Source: an uncultured bacterium (GTDB lineage Bacteria; Patescibacteriota; Minisyncoccia; UBA6257; 2-01-FULL-56-20). From it: a stretch of DNA of 64,000 nucleotides. This document shows positions 40,806 to 50,788 of the stretch, in pieces. The stretch lies in the NCBI GenBank assembly GCA_963844965.1, contig CAWJQC010000007.1:128001-192000 (forward strand), written 5' to 3'. How positions within the stretch are numbered: position 1 is the stretch's first letter; each line of letters opens with the position of its first letter. A model generated the notes under the pieces. The model saw only the letters and a program-made list of their open reading frames with translations, searched no databases and was not told where the DNA came from. Position numbers and translations under genes: made by a program.

Positions 40806-42069
40806 GAAATTCATTATCCACGGCGGTAAAAAACTTTCGGGCGAAATAGAAGTGATGGGCGCCAAAAATTCGGTTTTGAAGGCGATGGCGGCTTCGCTTT
40901 TGTTCGCGAACCCCGTGACGATAGAAAATGTCCCGCAGATTGAGGACGTGGCGCGTATGTCCGAATTGCTTATGGACTTGGGAGCCGCGATAAAGAAACC
41001 GGACGAGCGGACGCTCGTGATTGATTGTGGCGTCGTCAGAGAAACGGCGATAAAAACCGAAATTGCCAACAAACTCCGCGCTTCAATCGTTCTCGCGGGA
41101 CCGCTTCTCGCGCGGAGCGGCAATGTTATTTTTCCGCATCCCGGCGGCTGCGTGATAGGGAAACGCCCAATTGATATATTTCTGGACGGCTGGCGGGCGA
41201 TGAGGGCGAAAGTGGAGGAAAAGAAAAATCGTTTTGGGGTCTCGGCGAAGAAACTTTTCGGCGCGGATTTCACTTTCCGCGTCGTCTCGGTGACGGGAAC
41301 GGAAACGTTAATGATGACGGCGGCACTGGCGCACGGGAAGACGGTTTTGCGTAACGCCGCCTGCGAGCCGGAAATTCCGGCTCTCGCGGAATTTTTGAAC
41401 AACTCCGGAGCGAAGATAAAGGGAGCCGGAACACCGATGATTGAAATTGAAGGGACCGGCGGCAAGTTGCTCAAAGCGAAGCGTCCGTTCCGCGTCATTC
41501 CGGATAGGATTGAAGCCGGAAGTTTCCTGATTTTGGGCGCGGCTCTCGGGAAAAAAGTCAGAGTAACCGATTGCGACCCCGAGCACCTTTCGGCGCTTAT
41601 GATTCAACTCAAGGACGCCGGCGTGAATTTGAAAGTTGAAAAAAATTGGATTGAGGTCGGGCGGCCGAAGCATCTCAAGGCCGCGAATGCCAAAACAAAA
41701 GAATATCCCGGCTTTCCCACGGACCTTCAGGCGCCGTACGCCGTGCTTATGACGCAAGCCGAAGGCGAAAGCATGATTTTTGAAACGATTTTTGAGGGGC
41801 GGCTGGCTTACGCTGACGACCTGAAGCGAATGGGAGCGAATATCGTCCTATGCGACCCGCATAGGATTTTGATTAAGGGTCCGACGCCGCTCCACGGCCG
41901 CGAGATGGAAATGCCGGATCTCCGCGCCGGTCTCGCGTTTGTCATCGCCGCTTTATTGGCGGAAGGCGAATCAACGATAGGTAACGTTTATCAGATAGAC
42001 CGCGGCTACGAAAAGATAGATGAGCGACTGAGGAAGCTGGGAGCGGAGATTGAAAGAACGGAACGGTGA
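40804..42069 (+). CDS. murA: UDP-N-acetylglucosamine 1-carboxyvinyltransferase
   Basis: Full-length 421-aa EPT-family protein with the active-site Cys region (PHPGGCVIGKRPID). Confidence 0.95.
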   Translation: MKFIIHGGKKLSGEIEVMGAKNSVLKAMAASLLFANPVTIENVPQIEDVARMSELLMDLGAAIKKPDERTLVIDCGVVRETAIKTEIANKLRASIVLAGPLLARSGNVIFPHPGGCVIGKRPIDIFLDGWRAMRAKVEEKKNRFGVSAKKLFGADFTFRVVSVTGTETLMMTAALAHGKTVLRNAACEPEIPALAEFLNNSGAKIKGAGTPMIEIEGTGGKLLKAKRPFRVIPDRIEAGSFLILGAALGKKVRVTDCDPEHLSALMIQLKDAGVNLKVEKNWIEVGRPKHLKAANAKTKEYPGFPTDLQAPYAVLMTQAEGESMIFETIFEGRLAYADDLKRMGANIVLCDPHRILIKGPTPLHGREMEMPDLRAGLAFVIAALLAEGESTIGNVYQIDRGYEKIDERLRKLGAEIERTER

Positions 42070-42125
42070 GTGAGTCATTCTGAGCGTAGCGAAGAATCTC
42101 CACGCGCAGTTATTTCACATATATC

Positions 42126-42425
42126 GTGACTAACAAGTATAATTCGGTTATTTATACTGGTATCACGAACGACATCGTGCGGCGAATGGGTGAGCATGTT
42201 CGCAAAGCGGTTCCGGGTTTTACATCAAGATATAGTGTATGTAAATTGGTGTGGTTCGAAGAATTCAAGACACCGGAGGAGGCCATCACCGCAGAGAAAC
42301 GAATCAAAGGGTGGGTGCTAAAAAAGAAAGTGGCGTTGATCAAAGAGAAAAATCCTGAATTCATAGATTTATTGCATGGAGATCCTTCGGTTTTGCCTCA
42401 GGATGACAATGGGGAGAGGCGTTGA
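42126..42425 (+). CDS. GIY-YIG nuclease family protein (UPF0213/YhbQ-like)
   Basis: SVIYTGITNDIVRRMGEH...KLVWFEEF GIY-YIG core. Confidence 0.75.
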   Translation: MTNKYNSVIYTGITNDIVRRMGEHVRKAVPGFTSRYSVCKLVWFEEFKTPEEAITAEKRIKGWVLKKKVALIKEKNPEFIDLLHGDPSVLPQDDNGERR

Positions 42426-42457
42426 TTTTTATACTCAAAAGATATAGATTTAAGTCA

Positions 42458-43466
42458 ATGTTCACCAAGAAAATCGGTATTGACTTAGGCACGACCAACA
42501 CCGTGGTTTTCGTGCCTGGCAAGGGATTTATCATCAACGAGCCGACTATTGTCGCCTTGATTAAGCCCGACAATACGGTGCTTGCCGTGGGTGTGGAGGC
42601 GAAGGAAATGATCGGGCGGACGCCGGAAGAAATCGTCGCCTACAGGCCGCTTAAGGATGGCGTGATTGCCGACTATTACATCACGAAGGCGATGCTTACG
42701 TATTTCATCTCCAAGGCCTCTGGCTGGTTCAATGTTTTCAAACCGGACGTTGTCATCTCGGTTCCGGCTGGAATTACGCAGACCGAGCGGCGCGCCGTTA
42801 CGAACGCCGCGAAAGAAGCCGGAGCGGGAAACGCTTTTATCGTGCGCGAGCCGGTTCTCGCCGCTTTGGGCGCTGGAATTCCAATTAACGCCCGTTCGGG
42901 GAACATGATCATCAACATCGGCGGCGGCACTTCCGAAGTCGGCGGTCATCGCTTTGGGCAGCATAGTTTCCTGGACGAGCTTGCGCATTGCCGGCAACAG
43001 ATTTGACCAGGCAGTCAGCGATTATGTGAAAAGGAAATACGCCTTGGCCATCGGCGAGCAGACGGCCGAGAACGTGAAAATTGAGATCGGCTCGGCATGG
43101 CGACAAAAGAAAAGATGGAATATGAACTCCGCGGCCGCGATTTGATAACCGGGCTGCCGAAAGATATATGTCATCAATTCCAACGAAATAGCGGACGCAC
43201 TGAATCCGTTCCTCGTGGATATCGCCGGCTCAATTCAAAGCGTTTTTAACGTGACTCCGCCGGAGCTTGTCGCGGACATCATGGAGAAGGGGATTATTCT
43301 TTCCGGCGGCAGCGTCCAGCTTCACAATATGCCGGAATTTTTTGAAAGATTTTTGGGCGTGCAGGCCTATGTCGCCGAGGATCCGTTATTCTGCGTCGCC
43401 AAAGGCACGGGGCTGATTCTGGACCACTTGGATATGTATAAGAGGACGCTTTTGAACAAGAGATAA
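42458..43466 (+). CDS. mreB: rod shape-determining protein MreB, interrupted by three single-base insertions at about 42935, 43100 and 43170
   Basis: IGIDLGTTNT and IGGGTSEV(AVIALGSIVS) motifs and the C-terminal GIILSGGS...AEDPLFCVAKG are split across four frame segments. Confidence 0.8.
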
Positions 43467-43467
43467 T

Positions 43468-44395
43468 ATGGAAGCTGGGTTGCAAAAACTGTTTCGCTGC
43501 ATACTTCACGGGAGTTTTGGGAGGTATTTTGACGAGATAAAACGGGTTCGTCGCATTTTTGTTGCCGCCGGCATTGAAGTGCTCGCGCCGAGAGCCGAAG
43601 AGATCAAAAAGATCGAGAATGGTTTCGCGATTTTTGATGGCGACGGCGATGCGGATCCGCGTCTGATTGAACTTCGCTATTTACATAATCTTAAATGCCT
43701 TGGCGAGGACGGTTTCAGTTATTTTGTAAATCCCGAGGGATATATCGGCAAAAGCGCCTCTTATGAACTCGGCATTGCGCAAGTTTCAAACGTGAGATGT
43801 TTCTTTGTGGAAAAACTGGCCGATCATCCGGCGTATCTCCACGCGAACTCCATCTGGAAACCGGAATTGCTGGCTGAATTCATAAAAGAAAAAAAACGCT
43901 TACCTGAGCCGCAAATCAAGCCGAACGAGGTTAAGATACACAAATTATGGGAAGAGCTTATGGTACCCGGCTCGGTGGTTGCCGTCGGCGGCATTATTGA
44001 ATACGTGTCGGACAAGAAAGAAAAAGAAATTTTACTTGTGAAGACGCACAAGTGGGGCGGGCGGTACTCTATCGTCGGCGGGAGGGTGCGCAGGAATGAG
44101 CGACTTAATGATGCGTTAACCCGCGAGTATCAGAGAAGAAACTGGTTTAAAATCGTACATCGGCGAACACATATGCACCTTTGATCAGATAAAAAACTCC
44201 GGTTATTACTTGAGCGGCATTCAGCATGTTTTTGTGGATAAAATCGTGCGCGTGACAGATAAGCGTGTCCGTTTGAACGAGGAGGCGCAGGAATTTTTAT
44301 GGGTTCCGCCTAAGATTGCGCTCGGCGAATTAGACATAGAACCCAACGCGCGGCAAACCCTGAGCCTTTATTCAAAAATGACCGTTGTATCATAA
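43468..44395 (+). CDS. Two-domain protein: a nucleoside 2-deoxyribosyltransferase-like (DNPH1/Rcl-like Rossmann) N-terminal domain fused to a Nudix hydrolase; +1 frameshift at about 44128 inside the Nudix box
   Basis: YFVNPEGYIGKSASYELGIAQ motif, then the Nudix box GGRV..NE.LNDALTREIREETG restored across the shift and continued by ORF 44210..44395. Confidence 0.6.
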
Positions 44396-44403
44396 CAAAG
44401 AGC

Positions 44404-45283
44404 ATGCTCATCGGCCACGGAAAAATCATTGAGGACCTGAAACGGCTGGCAGCCGAGAAAAAACTTTCGCACGGCTACATTTTTTACGGTCCGGCGATGG
44501 TCGGGAAGCGGCTTGTGGCTCAGAACTTCGCGAATTTTTTGGAGACCGACGATTTCAGCGAACCGAAATTATTAAGAGATACTCTGCTCATTGCGCCGGA
44601 CGCGAAAGGAACGGTAAGCATTGATTCCATCCGCACGATAAAAAATTTCCTCTGGCAAAAGCCGAACACTAGTGCCTATCGCACGGTTATAATTGACGAT
44701 GCCGAACTTATGACGTCGGAGGCACAGAAACGCCCTGCTCAGAGTTGCCGAGGAGCCGCCGCATTCCACACTCCTCATTTTGATTACAAGCGATATTGAC
44801 GGGTTAGCGGAGACGATAACTTCGCGGCTCCAGAAAATTTATTTTTCTGTTGTTCCCCGGAGGGCGCTGGCGGATTGGGCGAGGCGAGAGTTTCCCGACG
44901 CCAAAAATTTGGAAGGATTTGTGGCGCGTTCGTTCGGGAAACCGGGCCTCCTTTCGGCGATGATTCGGGATAAAAAATTCCAGGCGCTTTTGAAGTTGGC
45001 CGATGATTTGCTAAAATTAAAAGGCGATAAGCGTGATTTCATAAAAAGATTGCTTGCACCGGAAGATTTTGACCTCCCGAAATTTCTTGACGCGCTAATA
45101 CTTGTTATTTCATCGGAAGCGCCTTGCCCTCCTAACTTTTTGCGAACCAAAGCGATGATTGATGCCAACTCAATCGCGCAAAAAGTTTGGAGGGTGAACT
45201 GGCACAAGTTTCTGGAGTTGAGGCGCGAAGTTGCCTACTTTAATCTCAATCCGCGTTTGCAATTGGAAAATTTATTTCAATAA
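44404..45283 (+). CDS. holB: DNA polymerase III delta-prime subunit; +1 frameshift at about 44735
   Basis: AAA+ clamp-loader fold (GYIFYGPAMVGKR, SEAQNALLRVAEEPP restored, TSRLQKIYF). Confidence 0.7.
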
Positions 45284-45295
45284 TCCACCGAATCA

Positions 45296-45859
45296 ATGCC
45301 TCCCATAGCAGAACAATATCTAAAAGAATTGGAATCCGCGCTTAAAACCGTCGTGGATAAATTGCACGAGGAACTTCGGGCGATTCGGGGCAACCGGCCG
45401 TCGGCGGATATTATCTCGGACATCAAGGTTAACGTCTATGACCAGTGGATGACGGTGAAGCAGCTGGGTTCGCTCTCGGTTCTTCCGCCGCGCGGCGTTC
45501 AGGTTAATGTCTGGGACAAGAATGCCGTGGGCGCTGTCGCTAAAGCGATTGAGAGCGCGAAAATCGGGCTTTCCGTTACGAATGACGGCAACAACGTGAT
45601 AGCGACACTTTCGCCTTTGGGCAACGAGCGGCGGGAAGAGCTCACAAAGCTTGTCAAAAAAACCGCCGAGGGCTACAGAATTCAAATCAGGGCGAAGCGG
45701 GACGAGGCGATAAAGAAATTGAAAGAAGCGGAGACGAGCAAGCAGGCGAGCGAGGATGAGGTTTTTAAAACGAAGGAAAAAATTCAAAAAGCTGTGGACG
45801 AAGCGAACAAGAAAGTGGAGGAGATGGTTGAAGGAAAACTGAAGGAGCTGGCGGAGTAA
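45296..45859 (+). CDS. frr: ribosome recycling factor
   Basis: 187 aa with typical RRF length and motifs (LRAIRGNRPSADII, VIATLSPL, EERREEL). Confidence 0.9.
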   Translation: MPPIAEQYLKELESALKTVVDKLHEELRAIRGNRPSADIISDIKVNVYDQWMTVKQLGSLSVLPPRGVQVNVWDKNAVGAVAKAIESAKIGLSVTNDGNNVIATLSPLGNERREELTKLVKKTAEGYRIQIRAKRDEAIKKLKEAETSKQASEDEVFKTKEKIQKAVDEANKKVEEMVEGKLKELAE

Positions 45860-45939
45860 GCGGCCAGCCCCCTGCGTTATTCATAATTCACGCGAATCAA
45901 CTCGCTAACTAATTAACCGACTAATTTAACTAATAATCT

Positions 45940-47013
45940 ATGTTAATCGTCCTTATCGTTATCATCGGTCTTTCGCTTTTGATTCTCGGCCACGAAGCCG
46001 GCCATTTTTTTGTGGCCAAACTTTTCGGAATGAAAATAGATGAATTTGGTTTCGGTTTCCCGCCGCGGATTACCGCGAAGAAGAAAGGGGAGACGGAATA
46101 CAGCGTAAATTGGCTGCCGTTCGGCGGGTTCGTGAAAATCGCCGGCGAGGACGATTCAGCGCCTTCGGGTAAAGTCGGAGAACAGGCGGACGGACAAGCC
46201 GGCGGTGTTTCGGAAGAAGAAAAGAAAAAATTGTTTAACTTCCGGCCGGTTTGGCAGAGAGCCCTCGTTCTTTTTGCCGGCGTCGCCGCGAATATGATAA
46301 TCGGCTGGCTTCTGCTGTCGCTTGTCTTTTTTGTCGGGGCACCCTCTGCGCTTGCGATAGCCGCCGTGCAGAAAAATTCTCCGGCGGAAAAAGTGGGTCT
46401 CTTGGCTGGCGACGTCATAGAACATTACGCGAACTATACGGATTTCATCAAATTTGTGGATGACAATCGCGGCAGACCGATAACCATAAGCGTCCTGCGC
46501 GCCGGCAAAGAGCTGACTTTCAGCGTTGTTCCGAGAACCGAAACCGCTCCCAACGAAGGAGCCATAGGAATTGAGATCGCGGAAGGCGGGCCAGTGGCCG
46601 AAAGTTTGCCGAGCTCGCTCTATGATGGTTTTAGGGTATCCGTTGAAATTTTGGGATTGACCTACGTGGCGTTGTATCAGCTTGTGGTCGGTTTGCTTCT
46701 GCACGCCTCTTTGATTCCCGGCGTGGTTGGTCCGATCGGCATTGTCGCGGTCGCGTCCGAGACGAGCAAGCTCGGATTTATGTACTTCGTTTCTATTATC
46801 GCGCAGATATCCTTGGGACTCGCGGCGATCAACTTCATCCCGTTTCCCGCGCTTGACGGAGGCAGATTCTTTCTTCTTTTGATCGAAAAAATCAAGGGCT
46901 CCCGCGCCTTTTCGCAAAGAGTTGAGGCCACGATCAACAACGTCGGATTGGCGTTCCTGATAGTTCTGATTCTTTTGATAAGCATCCGGGATTTTTCGTA
47001 TTACATACTGTAA
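45940..47013 (+). CDS. rseP: site-2 protease RseP (M50 family)
   Basis: HEAGHF zinc motif, PDZ insert and a C-terminal LDGG motif. Confidence 0.85.
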   Translation: MLIVLIVIIGLSLLILGHEAGHFFVAKLFGMKIDEFGFGFPPRITAKKKGETEYSVNWLPFGGFVKIAGEDDSAPSGKVGEQADGQAGGVSEEEKKKLFNFRPVWQRALVLFAGVAANMIIGWLLLSLVFFVGAPSALAIAAVQKNSPAEKVGLLAGDVIEHYANYTDFIKFVDDNRGRPITISVLRAGKELTFSVVPRTETAPNEGAIGIEIAEGGPVAESLPSSLYDGFRVSVEILGLTYVALYQLVVGLLLHASLIPGVVGPIGIVAVASETSKLGFMYFVSIIAQISLGLAAINFIPFPALDGGRFFLLLIEKIKGSRAFSQRVEATINNVGLAFLIVLILLISIRDFSYYIL

Positions 47014-47119
47014 ACGATTGCTGCGCCCGAGCTTTTTCTGGTTTTTTGTAGCCGGAAAAATTGTACGTTACGGGCCGAATGCTTTTGTGAAAGTTATATT
47101 TATGGTATGATAGACGGCA

Positions 47120-48121
47120 ATGAAAAAGAAAAGCGTGGTTCTTATCGGCGGAGGGGTGGGCGCGTCAACATTTACGAAGGCGTTGAAAGATTTGCCCATC
47201 AGTTTGACAACAGTTGTCAGCGTTTTTGACGACGGCGGTTCCACTGGCGCGATCAGGCGCGACTATGGCGGCATTGCTCTCGGCGACTTTCGGCAGTGCG
47301 TTTTCGCGAGTTTGGGGTTGGATGGAAAGATTTTGCAGTCGTTGAACCACCGCTTTGGGCGGGGGAATCTTTTTGGCGTGAACGCGGGAAATCTTCTGTT
47401 GCGGTCCTTTTTGGATCAGTGCGAAACGGAACGCGACGGCGTGCGCGAATTGCATTGTTTATTGGGTCTTCGGAATCGGGTAATGCCGATTTCATACGAT
47501 TTCGCGCGTCTTTGCGGGAAGTTATCCAATGGAAGGATTCTCGGTGACCAGCAGCAGATAGCCGATCATTTAAGTTTCGCGGAGGCATCTATCAAAGAAT
47601 TATATCTTGATCCCGGCGCGAGGATTAATCCTGACTTACGAAAAGTGATAAGCGAGGCGGATTATCTTATTTTCGCACCGGGTCACTTCTTCACGAGTGT
47701 TTTACCGCATATTTACGTTAAAGGTTTCGCCGCCGCGTGGAAAGAAAGTAAGGCGAAGAAAATGTGGTTTTTTAATCTATTGGCGCACAGAGGGCAGGAC
47801 AGCTATTATACGCTCCGCGATTATTTACGATGGTTTGAGCGTGTTTTGGGGAGGCACCCCTTTGATGTTCTCGTGCTGAATAAGGATGTTGATAAGAAGA
47901 TTTTGGAAATCGTGAAAGACCGATTTGAGAAAACAAGAGTCACCGACGATGATTTGCGGTACGCGAAAGGCATTGGCGTGGAAATCGTGGTTGCCGATCT
48001 CGTGTCCTCCGAACTTCGTCCACAGCAAAAAAATGACGTGATAATGCGTGCGCCGCTTTGCCACGACCCCCGGAAAATAAAAAAATTCTTCGCTGGCCAA
48101 ATTCTCGCAAAGCGACGGTAG
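47120..48121 (+). CDS. YvcK/CofD-family protein (UPF0052, gluconeogenesis factor-like)
   Basis: LIGGGVG....VVSVFDDGGSTG...GD.R signature. Confidence 0.75.
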   Translation: MKKKSVVLIGGGVGASTFTKALKDLPISLTTVVSVFDDGGSTGAIRRDYGGIALGDFRQCVFASLGLDGKILQSLNHRFGRGNLFGVNAGNLLLRSFLDQCETERDGVRELHCLLGLRNRVMPISYDFARLCGKLSNGRILGDQQQIADHLSFAEASIKELYLDPGARINPDLRKVISEADYLIFAPGHFFTSVLPHIYVKGFAAAWKESKAKKMWFFNLLAHRGQDSYYTLRDYLRWFERVLGRHPFDVLVLNKDVDKKILEIVKDRFEKTRVTDDDLRYAKGIGVEIVVADLVSSELRPQQKNDVIMRAPLCHDPRKIKKFFAGQILAKRR

Positions 48122-48328
48122 ATTGAATCGGTGTTACAACTTGATTTTCTTCGCGAAGTCTTTGTAAAGCGCGATTTGTCTGAACGTGCGGGCGAGCCCG
48201 GTAGTGATTCTGCGATTGCAATTCGGATAGTATAAATTTTGTCGAGCGAGGTGCTGTTTCTTAAATAGCTTATCTTGATTGTGGCTATGAAATTGCTCCG
48301 AATTGTGGTGGAAAATATCGCAGAACTA
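48122..48328. repeat. Degenerate extra copies of the 3'-terminal repeat unit of the kinase-like gene, continuing past its stop codon
   Basis: The reverse-strand translation beyond the double stop reads KQHLARQNLYY...ITTGLARTFRQIALYKDFAKKIKL, paralleling the in-gene C-terminus RKEHNLARALGQTALYKDFVRKMKK, which is itself repeated. Confidence 0.55.
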
Positions 48329-49357
48329 CTACCGGGCGAGATTGTGTTCTTTGCGCGAGTTTGGTTTAGTTTTTTTCATTTTTCTGACAAAGTCCTTGTA
48401 TAGAGCGGTTTGCCCGAGAGCCCTAGCAAGGTTGTGCTCCTTTCTTGATTTATATCTGGACTTGTCCCAGCCGAAATAAAAATCATCAATGTAGTCGTTA
48501 AGGAAGCGGCTCGCGAGACCGAGAATCACGAGTCCGGTGGCTTTGGGCATGAGCCGCCACTCGCGTTCACTCAAGTAGTTTTTTGAGCCAAGCTTATAGC
48601 CGCGGAGGAAGGCGCGGTATTTTTTTGTATCAAATGTGTTTCGCTGGTCGTCCTCTTTTTTTCCGCAAAGGGAACGCAGGGCGTCGCCGAGATCGCAAAG
48701 AGGGGAAAGTTTCTGGATCGTGTCCATGTCAATCATGGCCACGGCGCAGTCGTTGTCGTCAAAAATAAAGTTGGAAATTTTCGGGTCGGTGTGGATGAGG
48801 CGGCGCGGCAGATCTTTCGGCAGGAAATGAGAAGGAAATTCGGAGATTAATAACTTCGCGGCGTTGTGCACACGGGCGTCCTTATCCTGAATCAATTTTT
48901 TATTGTGTTCGCGCAGTTTTTTGAGAACGGCGTCGTATTGGAACATGGGAAGTGGCTTCTTGACGGGCGTTTTAAAGTTTTTGAGTGTCAGGTGGAATTT
49001 CCCGAGCTCGCGTCCGGCCTCTTCCGCCATTTTTATATTTTTGGCTCGCGTGTACACATGGCCGGGAATCGCCGTTAACAGTCGCCAAAAACAAGCGCCG
49101 TTTTTGGCGAGGAGCTTCCCCCTTTTTGTGAGAATAATGCGTTGCGCGGGAAAGTTTTTGCTCGCGAGAAATACGGAAGCTGCCAGATAATTTTCCGTTG
49201 GTTCCTTCCGCGAAATAAGCGGATGGAGTTTCTGAAGAACGTAAACCCCGGTATTCGCGCGGACGATATACGTTTCGTTGAAAATGCCGGTCTTCACTGG
49301 ATAGAGTTTGGATATCTTGCCGATATGCCAGTTTTTGATGGCTTGCCTTGGAGACAT
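48329..49357 (-). CDS. aminoglycoside/choline kinase-like phosphotransferase (protein kinase-like fold)
   Basis: APH-family layout with a Brenner-like IHTDPKISNF and a DMDT region. The start is uncertain (49357 or 49435). Confidence 0.65.
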   Translation of the reverse strand: MSPRQAIKNWHIGKISKLYPVKTGIFNETYIVRANTGVYVLQKLHPLISRKEPTENYLAASVFLASKNFPAQRIILTKRGKLLAKNGACFWRLLTAIPGHVYTRAKNIKMAEEAGRELGKFHLTLKNFKTPVKKPLPMFQYDAVLKKLREHNKKLIQDKDARVHNAAKLLISEFPSHFLPKDLPRRLIHTDPKISNFIFDDNDCAVAMIDMDTIQKLSPLCDLGDALRSLCGKKEDDQRNTFDTKKYRAFLRGYKLGSKNYLSEREWRLMPKATGLVILGLASRFLNDYIDDFYFGWDKSRYKSRKEHNLARALGQTALYKDFVRKMKKTKPNSRKEHNLAR

Positions 49358-49441
49358 TGTGCTTATATTACACAATTTATGGTTTTTAAAACAATACCCG
49401 GCAGGACCTGAAATTGATATAATTCTCGTATGCAACTTTTA

Positions 49442-49925
49442 ATGACGCTCGGAGAAAAAGATTCCCCCGGAACTATAAGATACGCAAAGCTGCGCGAGCT
49501 GTTGTTTTTGATTCAGAAGGGAAAATAGCATTACTCCATGTTACCAATCACCATTATTATAAAATTCCTGGTGGTGGCATCGAAAAGAACGAGGATGTCT
49601 TAGCGGGTCTCAGAAGAGAATGTCTAGAAGAAATCGGTTGCGATATTGAGATTGCGGGGGAGATAGGAAAGATAATCGAACATCGTCATTTTCCTGATGC
49701 CCAGGATGAGGAACAGGAATCGTTTTGCTATACCGCCAACGTAAAAGGAGAGAAGGGAAACCCTCATTTTGAGCAGGGTGAGATTGATGATGGATTTCAG
49801 GCACAATGGGTAGACTTGAAAACTGCGATCAATTTGTTGAGAAACAGCAAGCCCGATACTTATGAAGGTTCATTCATCGTTGCGAGAGATCTTAGATTTA
49901 TCGAGGAAGCCATTAAGAATACCTA
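49442..49925 (+). CDS. Nudix hydrolase; -1 frameshift near 49465
   Basis: Nudix box GGGIEKNEDVLAGLRRECLEEIG. The N-terminus MTLGEKDSP is in a neighbouring frame. Confidence 0.7.
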
Positions 49926-50156
49926 AAAATCGAGATACTTTCTTAATTTGCGGTAGCCTGCTTGCCGGCATCGCCGTCTTTCTATGAGCATAAGGCGCTT
50001 GCTCTGAGAAGCTTGCGGAGGCGATAAAAGCTGGGTTTTTGCGCAGCAAAATTTTGTCGTCGAGCGGCAGCGAAAAACTTCCGCAGGGGAAGTTTTATCG
50101 CGGTTCTTGGAGCAAACGCCCGGAGCGGGGTTATCCACACCATCCCCACAGACGCC

Positions 50157-50184
50157 TTGACAGGGTTTTGGGGAGGAGTATAAT
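50157..50184 (+). promoter_or_regulatory. Sigma70-type promoter TTGACA-16-TATAAT
   Basis: Exact consensus hexamers at 50157-50162 and 50179-50184. Confidence 0.6.
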
Positions 50185-50190
50185 TGAAAT

Positions 50191-50288
50191 CAAGAATGAA
50201 CGAGCTCAAAAAACTTTCAGGTAGAAGCGGCTGATTTTCGCGCGCTTTTCGGCGCACGGAAAAACCGCTTTACCAGCGGTTTTTTGGT
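50191..50288 (+). ncRNA. Candidate small RNA of about 98 nt, between the consensus promoter and an intrinsic terminator (aaaaaccgct-ttacc-agcggtttttt)
   Basis: Promoter and terminator bracket a segment with no plausible ORF (a 12-codon ORF at most). Confidence 0.3.
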
Positions 50289-50506
50289 TCTTCAGAGCCG
50301 ACCGAAGCTTGAAATAATGCCCGCCCTTATTGGCGCGGACAGCCCCGAAATGTAGAGTCGGGGTTTGTATATCGGAAGCCCTGCGTCACATCTCATTCCG
50401 ACGCAAGTCGGGATTCTCGAAAAATATATAATCGCATTATTGTTTTTCGGGACAATTTCTCGTGGCGAGCAGGGCATAGCCGAGACTGAGAGAAGGAAAT
50501 TTGTGT

Positions 50507-50586
50507 GGGCCCCGTAGCGCAGATTGGTCAGCGCGCCCGACTGTTCAAGCGGGAGGTCGCTGGTTCGAATCCAGCCGGGCCCACCA
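50507..50586 (+). tRNA. tRNA gene with CCA. The acceptor, D and T arms are canonical (given one extra C in the 5' acceptor), but the anticodon arm is irregular (4-bp stem cccg/cggg with a 10-nt loop actgttcaag). Identity unresolved; Asn-GTT is one possible reading.
   Basis: T-arm gctgg-ttcgaat-ccagc, D-arm gcgc-agattggtca-gcgc, 3' end cgggccc-a-cca. Confidence 0.55.
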
Positions 50587-50614
50587 AATCTTTAGCTCTT
50601 TGGTTTTTGTTTGT

Positions 50615-50703
50615 GGCGGGATGGCGGAGTGCTAATCGCGGCAGGCCGTAACCCTGCTCTCCCATCGCGGAGTTCGAAGGTTGAAATCCCTCTCTCGCCA
50701 CCA
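50615..50703 (+). tRNA. Type II tRNA, Tyr-like (anticodon GTA), with an atypical C33 and an A51-C63 mismatch; encoded CCA
   Basis: Acceptor ggcggga/tctcgcc, anticodon arm gcagg-ccGTAac-cctgc, variable arm ctcc-catcgc-ggag, T-loop ttgaaat. Confidence 0.55.
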
Positions 50704-50717
50704 AATTTTTTGGATTC

Positions 50718-50788
50718 GGCGCGGTCGTCAAGTGGCAAGACTGAGGGCTTGCAAGCCCTTATCGGGGGTTCGATTCCCTCCCGCGCCT
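50718..50788 (+). tRNA. tRNA-Cys (anticodon GCA)
   Basis: Acceptor ggcgcgg/ccgcgcc, discriminator U, loop ttGCAag, T-arm ggggg-ttcgatt-ccctc. Confidence 0.8.
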
